Positions 46,412-54,659 of a DNA stretch of 64,000 bases are shown here, in pieces (the stretch's first letter is position 1; every line of letters begins with the position of its first letter). The stretch is taken from positions 9,508 through 73,507 of the forward strand of contig JBHPHX010000001.1 in NCBI GenBank assembly GCA_042571515.1, given 5' to 3'. This stretch comes from Patescibacteria group bacterium. GTDB taxonomy: Bacteria > Patescibacteriota > WWE3 > UBA101185 > UBA10185. The position numbers and the translations under genes were made by a program. The notes beneath the pieces were generated by a model. That model searched no databases and was not told where the DNA came from. It was given only the letters and a program-made list of their open reading frames with translations.

Positions 46412-46866
46412 ACTTTTATCCGATACGTTTCACTTAGAAATTTACTTCCCAATTTCCTTAGCACACCAAATATGACAACTGATAGAACAACCGTTATAAC
46501 CTCTTGCCATAGTAAATACTGCTGATGGAAGATATAATTGTAAATACCATACGATATTAGAAAAACAATAATCTGTGCTACAAAGTTTTTAGTTCCAAAA
46601 CGACGCGCAAAATATACTAGACCGATAACTAAAACATGTCCCAGCGTGTATAAACCAAAAGTTTTTATACTAAGTAGGTCTATGAGCAAACCACCAAAAA
46701 ATATACTCTTCATAGACACCTCAAATTCTCCATTTAATAAAAGGGCAAAACTAAATGCCAAGATTAAACTAGGGTTAGCCAACTCACCAATAAGCTCTGG
46801 AAAAAATGCAGCTTGTAAAAAAACCAAAACCAGATTTATTATAAATAAATTAAATGTTTTTCTCAT
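46408..46866 (-). CDS. mreD: Rod shape-determining protein MreD
   Basis: Hydrophobic, GLLIDL; between mreC and PBP2. Confidence 0.8.
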   Translation of the reverse strand: MRKTFNLFIINLVLVFLQAAFFPELIGELANPSLILAFSFALLLNGEFEVSMKSIFFGGLLIDLLSIKTFGLYTLGHVLVIGLVYFARRFGTKNFVAQIIVFLISYGIYNYIFHQQYLLWQEVITVVLSVVIFGVLRKLGSKFLSETYRIKV

Positions 46867-47630
46867 TGACTCAACACCACAAAAACTTTATCTACGTTTT
46901 TTATATTAAAAGGTTGCTTCAAAATCACACTTTTAAGTGGAGCAGCTGACTCCAAAAGTACTTCGGATACACTTCCAACCACAAAATTTGGTAGAAATAT
47001 ACCGTCTGCCCCCGAAGTTATAAATATATCTTCCACAAACACACTATCACTCACCAAAATCCTACTCACTTCAATGGAAGTACCCAAATTTCCTTTTGCT
47101 AAGCCCTCAGCCCCCGTGGAAAGATCCCTAACTGTGGAACCAAATTCCACAGAGTTGGTTAGAGCCACCTCGCTTCTGAACTTATCTACACCAGTAACAA
47201 TCCCAACAAGATTATTTCCTAGTACTACATTATCCCCCATTTGAATACCGTGCTTACTACCTCTATCTATATATATACTCGCTCCGGTGGGATCCTTAGG
47301 ATTTCCTAAAACAGAGGCAAACACTAGCTCTATGTCAAAATCATTAGAAAGTTTTAATTGATCTTTTAGAATCTTGTTTTCCTCTAATGCTATTTGGGAC
47401 TCAATTAGTTGAGATTTTAACTCTGCGACCTGTGTAGTAAGTAAAATATTTTCTTCTCTGATTATATTGAATCTAAAAAATAACCGCGTTGTATCCTTGA
47501 TATTTATTGCTGATTTCCTCAAACCAAATTGTATGGGAGAAGCTACCTGTTGGAAGATATTTCGGATTGGATTGGTAATACCAATAACTCCAAATACTAA
47601 CAAAATTGCAGAAATGATGATTAGTCTCAC
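46863..47630 (-). CDS. mreC: Rod shape-determining protein MreC
   Basis: Coiled coil, IDRGSKHG, LVG, ITSGADGIF. Confidence 0.92.
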   Translation of the reverse strand: MRLIIISAILLVFGVIGITNPIRNIFQQVASPIQFGLRKSAINIKDTTRLFFRFNIIREENILLTTQVAELKSQLIESQIALEENKILKDQLKLSNDFDIELVFASVLGNPKDPTGASIYIDRGSKHGIQMGDNVVLGNNLVGIVTGVDKFRSEVALTNSVEFGSTVRDLSTGAEGLAKGNLGTSIEVSRILVSDSVFVEDIFITSGADGIFLPNFVVGSVSEVLLESAAPLKSVILKQPFNIKNVDKVFVVLSQ

Positions 47631-47642
47631 AGTCCTATTCTA

Positions 47643-48683
47643 TCACTTGATGGAGACCTTCTCTAATAGCTCCAGATCTTCCAAAAGCTTGCCACATCCA
47701 CGTACAACACATGTAAGGGGGTCCTTAGAAACTTTCACAGGAACCCTTAGTTCAAACTCCATTAACTTATCCAAACCACGAAGTAAAGCAGTACCCCCAG
47801 CCAAAATAATTCCGTCCCTAACAATGTCGGCCATAAGCTCTGCCGGAGTGTCTTCTATGGCGTCTTTCACTCCATTTATAATTTCATAAATTGGGTCGTG
47901 GAGAGCTTCACGCATTTCAGCGGGTTGAACTTCCACTGCGCGTGGTAATCCTGTTTTAAGGTCACGGCCACGCATAACGGCACTAAAACTTTTTTCCTTC
48001 TTAAACTCAATGGCGTTCCCGATTTGACACTTTATCTCCTCTGCTGTACGTATCCCAAGTAATAAATTGTGGAACTCCCGGGCATAGTTCACTATAGCTT
48101 CATCCATCTCATCTCCTGCAATCCTTAAAGACTTGTTAACTACCAAACCCCCAAGAGATATAACAGCAATTTCTGAAGTTCCACCTCCCATATCCACAAT
48201 CATAGTTCCTCTTGGATCATTGACCGGTAAATTTGAGCCAATTGCAGCAGCCATTGGTTCATCTATTAAATAAACGGCCCTTGCTCCAGCATTCTTGGCT
48301 GCATCCACCACTGCTTTTCTTTCCACCGAGGTAACACCAGAGGGCACGCCAATAACTACCCGAGGACGCGGGATTTTTGGAAATCTTGCGGGAGATTCGT
48401 GCACTAAATGTATAAAGTAGGAAATCATTTTTTCTGCCACATAAAAGTCTGAAATCACTCCATCTCTTAGTGGTCTAATAGCCTGGATGGTATCTGGGGT
48501 TTTCCCAAGCATTTTTTTGGCCTCACTACCTACCGCCAAAACTTCCCGAGTTTTTTTATGAATAGCCACAACGCTCGGCTCACGAATTACTATACCTTTA
48601 CCACGGACATAAACTAAGGTATTTGCAGTTCCAAGATCTATTCCAATGTCGTGGGAGAAATAACCCAAAATGTTATTCAGCAT
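47643..48683 (-). CDS. mreB: Rod shape-determining protein MreB
   Basis: IDLGTANT, EPMAAAIG, VDMGGGT. Confidence 0.98.
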   Translation of the reverse strand: MLNNILGYFSHDIGIDLGTANTLVYVRGKGIVIREPSVVAIHKKTREVLAVGSEAKKMLGKTPDTIQAIRPLRDGVISDFYVAEKMISYFIHLVHESPARFPKIPRPRVVIGVPSGVTSVERKAVVDAAKNAGARAVYLIDEPMAAAIGSNLPVNDPRGTMIVDMGGGTSEIAVISLGGLVVNKSLRIAGDEMDEAIVNYAREFHNLLLGIRTAEEIKCQIGNAIEFKKEKSFSAVMRGRDLKTGLPRAVEVQPAEMREALHDPIYEIINGVKDAIEDTPAELMADIVRDGIILAGGTALLRGLDKLMEFELRVPVKVSKDPLTCVVRGCGKLLEDLELLEKVSIK

Positions 48684-48728
48684 TGTGATGTGAGTTTAAC
48701 ACAAACATTGCAATGGTATAATACCTCT

Positions 48729-49259
48729 ATGGCCGTAGTACCAATAATTACAATTCCAAATAAGACCTTAACCACAGAGACCGAGCCGGTTACAGATTTT
48801 GGTGAGGAATTAAAGAAAACCATCTCAAATTTAAGAGATACAGTCCGTGCAGCTGAGGATCCTGAGGGTGCTGGTTTAGCAGCCACACAAATAGGAATAT
48901 CAAAATCAATCTGTATTGTCAGAAGATTCATTGTAGATAAAGGACATAGCGGAAATAGCAATATCAAGGAGTATATGCTAATTAATCCTAAAATAACCAA
49001 AAAATCAGGGGAAAAGGAAGTAGCTTGGGAAGGATGTTTGAGTGTTCCGGACACTTATGTAGAGGTGGAAAGGGCTAAAAAGATTAAGGTTGAAGCATTA
49101 GATCCAGATGGCAAGAATATTAATATAAACACCTCTGGATTTTTTGCTCGGGTCATTCAGCATGAGGTTGATCATTTGAATGGAATTTTAATGACTGATC
49201 ATGCTCTTGGAGAGAAAATAACAGAAAAAGAATTTGATAGTATGCAGGCTGCCTTATGA
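48729..49259 (+). CDS. def: Peptide deformylase
   Basis: GAGLAATQ, EGCLS, QHEVDHLNG. Confidence 0.97.
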   Translation: MAVVPIITIPNKTLTTETEPVTDFGEELKKTISNLRDTVRAAEDPEGAGLAATQIGISKSICIVRRFIVDKGHSGNSNIKEYMLINPKITKKSGEKEVAWEGCLSVPDTYVEVERAKKIKVEALDPDGKNININTSGFFARVIQHEVDHLNGILMTDHALGEKITEKEFDSMQAAL

Positions 49260-50083
49260 AAATAGCATTTTTTGGAACTTCCGATAGATCACAACCCATT
49301 TTAAAATCCCTAAACAACAATTTTGACTTAGAATTTTGTATTACCAAAAAAGGTTCGGGGGTAGAAGCATGGTGTAAGGAGAACAAGATAAAAATTACTC
49401 AAAAGGTTACACCAGATATTGACCTGGGGGTTGTAGCTGACTACAGTCAAATAATATCGGGAGACGTAATAAATACGCCAAAATATAAAATTATTAACAT
49501 ACATTTCTCACTTTTACCTGAATTAAGGGGCGCCAGCCCTATACAACACGCCATTTTGCAAGGCCTAAATGGAACGGGCGTGTCATATTTTGTCATGAGT
49601 GAAAAAATGGATACTGGGGATATTATTTATCAATTTGAACATCCTCTGGACGGCACAGAAACAAGCGGGGAGCTATATGAAATACTATTTGAAAAAGCCG
49701 CTAATCATTTGCCACAGGTTATTTCTGACTACACTTCGGGTAAGTTAATTCCCCAACCCCAAGACCACTCCAAAGCAACTTACTGCTACTCTAAAACTCA
49801 CCCAAAAAGTACTCTTATACATAAAGATGATGCTCTAATAGATTGGAAAGATTCAGCCAAATACATAGAAAGACAGGTTCGGGCCTTTGACCCTTGGCCT
49901 ATTGCCTGGGCTTACTTAAAAGATCTGCCAGTGGCTTTAAAGGACCATATTAATCCGGATCTTAAAGTAAAAATTCATAAGGTTGAGGTTAAGAATGGAA
50001 AGTTGGAAATAAAAGAGTTACAAGTAGAGGGGAAGAACATTATTGACTGGGAAAGTTTTGAGAATGGGTACACTAAGAAGTAG
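49256..50083 (+). CDS. fmt: Methionyl-tRNA formyltransferase
   Basis: NIHFSLLP..RGASP, MDTG, RAFDPWP. Confidence 0.95.
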   Translation: MKIAFFGTSDRSQPILKSLNNNFDLEFCITKKGSGVEAWCKENKIKITQKVTPDIDLGVVADYSQIISGDVINTPKYKIINIHFSLLPELRGASPIQHAILQGLNGTGVSYFVMSEKMDTGDIIYQFEHPLDGTETSGELYEILFEKAANHLPQVISDYTSGKLIPQPQDHSKATYCYSKTHPKSTLIHKDDALIDWKDSAKYIERQVRAFDPWPIAWAYLKDLPVALKDHINPDLKVKIHKVEVKNGKLEIKELQVEGKNIIDWESFENGYTKK

Positions 50084-50282
50084 CTTTTTTGGATTTTAGT
50101 TTTTTAAGACAAGAGGTACAGAGTTTGACTTTAACCTTTTTGCCTCCCATTTCAAGTCTTTTGGTCTTTAAATTGGGCTGTTGGCGCCTGATAGCACGGT
50201 TTGTTACACGCCTACCAATACCTCGGGGTACGAGATTTCCTTTCATATATCCTTTGCCACATATTTCACATTTTCTTGCCAT
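50073..50282 (-). CDS. rpmB: 50S ribosomal protein L28
   Basis: MARKCEICGK...QPNL...CTSCLK. Confidence 0.95.
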   Translation of the reverse strand: MARKCEICGKGYMKGNLVPRGIGRRVTNRAIRRQQPNLKTKRLEMGGKKVKVKLCTSCLKKLKSKKATS

Positions 50283-50412
50283 AACAGAAGAGATTAAAAC
50301 ATAATTGGGGGGATTAAACAAGGGTTGCGGTCAGGGGGTGTAGCTTAGTCTCTACATTTTTCCCCCTGACCTATAGATCCGAGAACATTTGTCTCCATTT
50401 TTATCTCTCCGT

Positions 50413-50544
50413 CTATCTGAATAAAGCCCATATTTTCCTAACTAAAAGAAATAACGGGTTTCTTCCACGACAATGATCACTTCTTTCGCCGCGGAAACAA
50501 GGTGGTGGGTTCCCATAATGGGCCATACACGCCTGACAATCCAT
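50413..50544 (-). CDS. 43-aa Cys-rich microprotein
   Basis: MDCQACMAHYGNPPPCFRGERSDHCRGRNPLFLLVRKIWALFR; SD AAAGGAGGT; hairpin 50329-50371 downstream. Confidence 0.6.
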   Translation of the reverse strand: MDCQACMAHYGNPPPCFRGERSDHCRGRNPLFLLVRKIWALFR

Positions 50545-50625
50545 GATAACCTCCTTTGAGTTAATTCATGGTTTTCACGGTTAATAGAGATTATATCAAC
50601 TTATAGTATTTTAGGCAAGAGTAAT

Positions 50626-51228
50626 TTACTTTAGTGGCACAAAAGAAAAGCCATAAAACTCCTCTTCTCTAAACTCCTCCTCCCCTATCCTCTCCACTTC
50701 AAAAATAGAATTATTAACCGGAATAACTAACACTCCTCCTATTTTTAGCTGGTGAAGTAATTCTTTTGGGAGGGATGTGGCTGCGGCCGAGATTAGGATT
50801 TTATCAAAGGGGGCTTTTTCTGGTAGCCCCAAGGTATCCCCCGCTTGTACGATTTTTGCGTTACTTTCTTTGAGATTTTCTTGCCCAAATTTGACAAGCT
50901 CTGGAATTTTCTCTACTCCAATTACACTACCCTCCTCGCCCACAATTTCTGCGAGTAGAGCAGTAGTCCACCCGGATCCCGAGCCAACATCCAAAATATG
51001 ATCTCCAGCCTGGGGCTGTAAAAGCTCAAACATTATGGCCACTGTAGTGGGTTGGGAATTGGTCTGACCAAAGCCAATGGGGATGGGCTTGTCTATGTAT
51101 GCTATGTCTAAACATTTAGGGGGAACAAAGCCTTTACGATCAACTTTTTCAAACGCCTCAATTATGTGTGGGGTTTTTAACACTCGGCTATTTTGCAATT
51201 TGGATACTAGTTGTTCGTATGTAAACAT
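50626..51228 (-). CDS. pcm: Protein-L-isoaspartate O-methyltransferase
   Basis: GQTNSQP, LDVGSGSGW, APFDKI, FVPL. Confidence 0.95.
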   Translation of the reverse strand: MFTYEQLVSKLQNSRVLKTPHIIEAFEKVDRKGFVPPKCLDIAYIDKPIPIGFGQTNSQPTTVAIMFELLQPQAGDHILDVGSGSGWTTALLAEIVGEEGSVIGVEKIPELVKFGQENLKESNAKIVQAGDTLGLPEKAPFDKILISAAATSLPKELLHQLKIGGVLVIPVNNSIFEVERIGEEEFREEEFYGFSFVPLK

Positions 51229-51233
51229 TTTTG

Positions 51234-51310
51234 TGGAGCCGTTGGCCGGAATCGAACCGGCGACCTCGTCCTTACCATGGACGCGCTCTGACCTACTGAG
51301 CTACAACGGC
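51234..51310 (-). tRNA. tRNA-Thr(GGT)
   Basis: Cloverleaf; CGTCC-ATGGTAA-GGACG; CCA encoded. Confidence 0.95.
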
Positions 51311-51316
51311 AGGGAT

Positions 51317-51489
51317 GGCTTGCCACTCGTAGCTTTAGCCTTTAGCGTAGAGTGGTGCCGGGGGAGGGATTCGAACCCCCGTAGGCTATGCCAACGGTTT
51401 TACAGACCGCTCCGTTTGACCGCTTCGGTACCCCGGCTTACATCAACATTATATACTGGCTTGCCACACAAAGCTTTAGCGTAGTGTGG
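51317..51489 (-). repeat. Repeated tRNA-trailer hairpins (51317-51355, 51458-51489)
   Basis: GGCTTGCCAC...AGCTTTAGC...GTAG.GTGG twice. Confidence 0.8.
51353..51437 (-). tRNA. tRNA-Tyr(GTA)
   Basis: GCGGT-CTGTAAA-ACCGT; long variable arm; ACCA. Confidence 0.95.
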
Positions 51490-51561
51490 AGCCAGAGGTG
51501 GGATTCGAACCCACGACCTATCCCTTACAAGGGGATTGCTCTACCCCTGAGCTACTCTGGC
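51487..51561 (-). tRNA. tRNA-Thr(TGT)
   Basis: ATCCC-CTTGTAA-GGGAT; TCCA. Confidence 0.95.
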
Positions 51562-51583
51562 AAGATTGTTAAATTGTAAACGT

Positions 51584-51651
51584 TTGCTCTATCCCTGAGC
51601 ATTAGTCCGCCAAGGGCGGGCGCTGGCGAGCCTAGCGAGCTAGACTCTGGC
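51584..51651 (-). pseudogene. Duplicate of tRNA-Thr(TGT) 5' part interrupted by an insert
   Basis: TTGCTCTATCCCTGAGC[~40 nt]ACTCTGGC versus TTGCTCTACCCCTGAGCTACTCTGGC. Confidence 0.7.
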
Positions 51652-51751
51652 TTGGAATCGGGAATTTACCAGAGAATTGTAACATAAACACCAGTTTCTC
51701 CCACTATTCTATTATAATATCAGGAATTTGATATAATTCGGGGGTTAGTAT

Positions 51752-51827
51752 ACGGCCGTAGCTCAGTTGGTAGAGCACTGGTCTCCAAAACCAGGTGTCG
51801 TAGGTTCGAGTCCTACCGGCCGTGCCA
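51752..51827 (+). tRNA. tRNA-Trp(CCA), canonical
   Basis: ACGGCCG/CGGCCGT-GCCA; CTGGT-CTCCAAA-ACCAG. Confidence 0.95.
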
Positions 51828-51931
51828 CTTTGGATGCCCAATGTCAAAACGCGAACCACAGTAGTATTCATAAAAGCAAGAAGGACAGTAACCTTTTGGG
51901 TAACACTGTCCTTTCTAGGAAAACTTCTCAA

Positions 51932-52361
51932 TTACGAGATAGCTTGGATAGCTCGGTTAATTTCCCACCGATCCACCAAAGTCCCCACCACAGAGGAAGT
52001 AGTTATGGCAAGTGATAATGTAGCCATAGACCGTCCAGCCACTGTATCATGATAAATAAGGAAAAAGGCTAAGGCTGAAATACCAGACGCCAAGACAAAG
52101 AATACGCCGACAAATAACGCCGTTTTTTTTCCTTTATGTATCCCCGAAAACACCAAATACAAAAGCTCTTTTGAAATATCCGAAGATGGGGGGGTGTTGA
52201 TTAACAACCTCAAATACTGAGATGGCTGCAACCGCAACCGCAAAAGTTACTCCTGGCAGAAAGCATTCTGGAAACCGGAAAAGACCTGCAAGGATTGCAG
52301 ATACAAATGCCAGGATAGCTCCAATCACGTTTAGGGCTCTAGGGAGTGTTCCTTCTTTCAT
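51932..52361 (-). pseudogene. Membrane protein gene, probably frameshifted (ORFs 52134-52361 and 51932-52243)
   Basis: SD AGGAGGT; overlapping hydrophobic ORFs; C7 run in the overlap. Confidence 0.55.
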
Positions 52362-52494
52362 TTTGGTATACCTCCTACAATAAGATTAGTTTTACGTAAG
52401 TGCTGAGACCATTATAAATCAAAGCGCTGTATTATACAAATAGACATTTGTATTTTCTACAACACCCCCACTCAACATACTCATATTGTCCTAT

Positions 52495-52522
52495 AGAGGC
52501 TCGACTCCCTCCGGGCCTGCCA
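52495..52522 (+). pseudogene. Orphan tRNA 3' fragment (Trp-like)
   Basis: AGAGGCTCGACTCCCTCCGGGCCTGCCA; 20/28 match to the tRNA-Trp 3' end. Confidence 0.6.
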
Positions 52523-52628
52523 CAAAAACTCTACCCTCGGTTCTTTTCCCTTTCAGACTTTAGATATTTCTTCATCATAAATCCGATTGGAATTTTTCTT
52601 TTATACAACAGTATTGTATAATCCACGT

Positions 52629-54659
52629 ATGTATATCTCCAAAACATCAGAAAAAGTACTCGCCCTCTTGTTTGAAAACAACAACAATCCTCTATTTATA
52701 AATGAGATTATAAGAAAAACGGGGTTGTATCCAAACGCAATACAGAGATCTCTAAAAACGTTGGAGAAACAAAATATTGTCATTTCAGAAAGAAGACTAA
52801 ATAGAAGGTTTTATTCCTTAAACAAAAATCATAAACACTATGTGGAATTCGAAAAAATTGCTACAAAATCCTCAAGTAAAAATACTTATAAATACCTAAA
52901 GTGGGTAAACCGCGAGTGCTCCGTAGCATTAAATACAGCAATAGGGAGTGCTCAATGTACCCCAAAATATATTAAACGCTTTAGAATACCCCCAGTGGAG
53001 TTTCTTTGGTATAACTCAGTTACAGGCGGGGTTTACCAATCATTTGAACAGATTACGAAAACCGCAGAGGTAATTTCTAAGGAAGTAAAAAAGGATTCCA
53101 CGTTTGCAAAAGATTTAGCTGACAGGTGCAGAGAAGATGGAGAGGAGCTAATTGCTGAAACACAAAAAACAACAAGGTTAGATCTCCCCAATTTAACGGA
53201 AAAGCAGTTACATTCAGCACTCAACAAAATACACGAACTCTTCTTACATTTTATGCCATATTACGTAATACCCCACGCCATTGAAAAAGCAATTGAATCA
53301 GAGCTTGGGGAACGCATTCTAGACCGCGAAGTTAAAGAAAAACTCATTGAACCAGTCAGCATAATTTCAGACGAGCAGGTTGATGAATTGGAACTTGCTT
53401 CACTGGTAAAAAAAGGGGGATGGACACAGAAAAATAAAAGAAAATTGTCCACACTCACCAAAAAATATTGTTGGCTTCCCATGATGGCGCTTCATCATAA
53501 GCCTTTTAATTCAACACATTTCAAAAAAATAATTGGTGAGCTTGTTGTAAGTATGAAAAATCCCAAAAAGGAACTTTTAAAGCTACAGGAACAGGAGAAA
53601 GAAAGAGAAGAAGATCTTGAAAATACCCTAAATAATATTGAAGCGGACGAGGAACTAAGAAACTTGGTTAGCATTACACAGTCCTATTTAAGTCTTCGAA
53701 CTTATCGTGTAAATATTACAAAAAAATTTCACTACTATCACCTACCCCTGCTAAATGAAATATCAAAAAGAATTGGTATCAAACAGGAAGATATTGCTTT
53801 TTTGACTTACCCAGAAATTCTTGAGTCTTTAAAAGATAATAAGCGAAGGAAAAAACTAAACCAACTTATAAATAAACGCAGGGTGGGGTTTGTGAATATC
53901 ACCTGGAAGGGCAAAACCAGAGTGATATCTGGCGTAAAAGACATTATACAGGCGATAGAGCAGTATAATATCCGTGCAGAAGATCCTACAATTAGAAAGG
54001 TGGTTAAGGGTAATCCTGCTTGTAGGGGAAAGGTCACAGGGACTGTGAAAGTTGTTAAAAAGCTATCCGAACTTGAGAAAGTAACCAAGGGGGACATACT
54101 TGTAGCGAGAATGACAACGCCAGATTATATGATTGCAATTAACAGGGCGGCAGCAATAGTAACTGATGAGGGAGGTATTACCTGCCATGCTGCAATTGTA
54201 TCCCGCGAGTACAACTTACCGTGCATTGTTGGAACAAGAAACGCCACACATATACTAGGTGACGGGGACTTGGTTGAGGTTGATGCAGATGAGGGTATCG
54301 TAAGAGTCGTTGAAACAGCGGACCTACCTGAAAATATAAAGGAAATTTTTGGTAAAACAATTTACAAGGGCAAGGTAAGGGGCACGGCTAGAGTGATCCT
54401 GGACATATCCGATTTTGGGAACTTGCAAAAGGGAGATATAGTCATCGCAGCTCAAACCACACCAGAATATCTCTCGCTTTTGTACCGCGCAAAGGGCTTT
54501 GTGGTAGACGAGGAATCCATATCCTCTCACGCCGTGCTTTATGGCAACGCGCTAAAAATACCCTCTATAATGGGAACCTCGTACGCAAGAAATGTAATTG
54601 AAGACGGGGAAAAGGTAGAGCTAGATGCTACAAAGGGTGTGTTAAAGCGGTTAGGTTAA
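52629..54659 (+). CDS. wHTH protein with two PEP-utilizing phosphohistidine (swivelling) domains
   Basis: N-terminal HTH; TDEGGITCHAAIVSRE and VDEESISSHAVL. Confidence 0.85.
   Translation: MYISKTSEKVLALLFENNNNPLFINEIIRKTGLYPNAIQRSLKTLEKQNIVISERRLNRRFYSLNKNHKHYVEFEKIATKSSSKNTYKYLKWVNRECSVALNTAIGSAQCTPKYIKRFRIPPVEFLWYNSVTGGVYQSFEQITKTAEVISKEVKKDSTFAKDLADRCREDGEELIAETQKTTRLDLPNLTEKQLHSALNKIHELFLHFMPYYVIPHAIEKAIESELGERILDREVKEKLIEPVSIISDEQVDELELASLVKKGGWTQKNKRKLSTLTKKYCWLPMMALHHKPFNSTHFKKIIGELVVSMKNPKKELLKLQEQEKEREEDLENTLNNIEADEELRNLVSITQSYLSLRTYRVNITKKFHYYHLPLLNEISKRIGIKQEDIAFLTYPEILESLKDNKRRKKLNQLINKRRVGFVNITWKGKTRVISGVKDIIQAIEQYNIRAEDPTIRKVVKGNPACRGKVTGTVKVVKKLSELEKVTKGDILVARMTTPDYMIAINRAAAIVTDEGGITCHAAIVSREYNLPCIVGTRNATHILGDGDLVEVDADEGIVRVVETADLPENIKEIFGKTIYKGKVRGTARVILDISDFGNLQKGDIVIAAQTTPEYLSLLYRAKGFVVDEESISSHAVLYGNALKIPSIMGTSYARNVIEDGEKVELDATKGVLKRLG

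Noticed and set aside
51077-52052. ORFs overlapping tRNA genes (also 14328-14604)
   Set aside because: Open frames across clear tRNA cloverleaves
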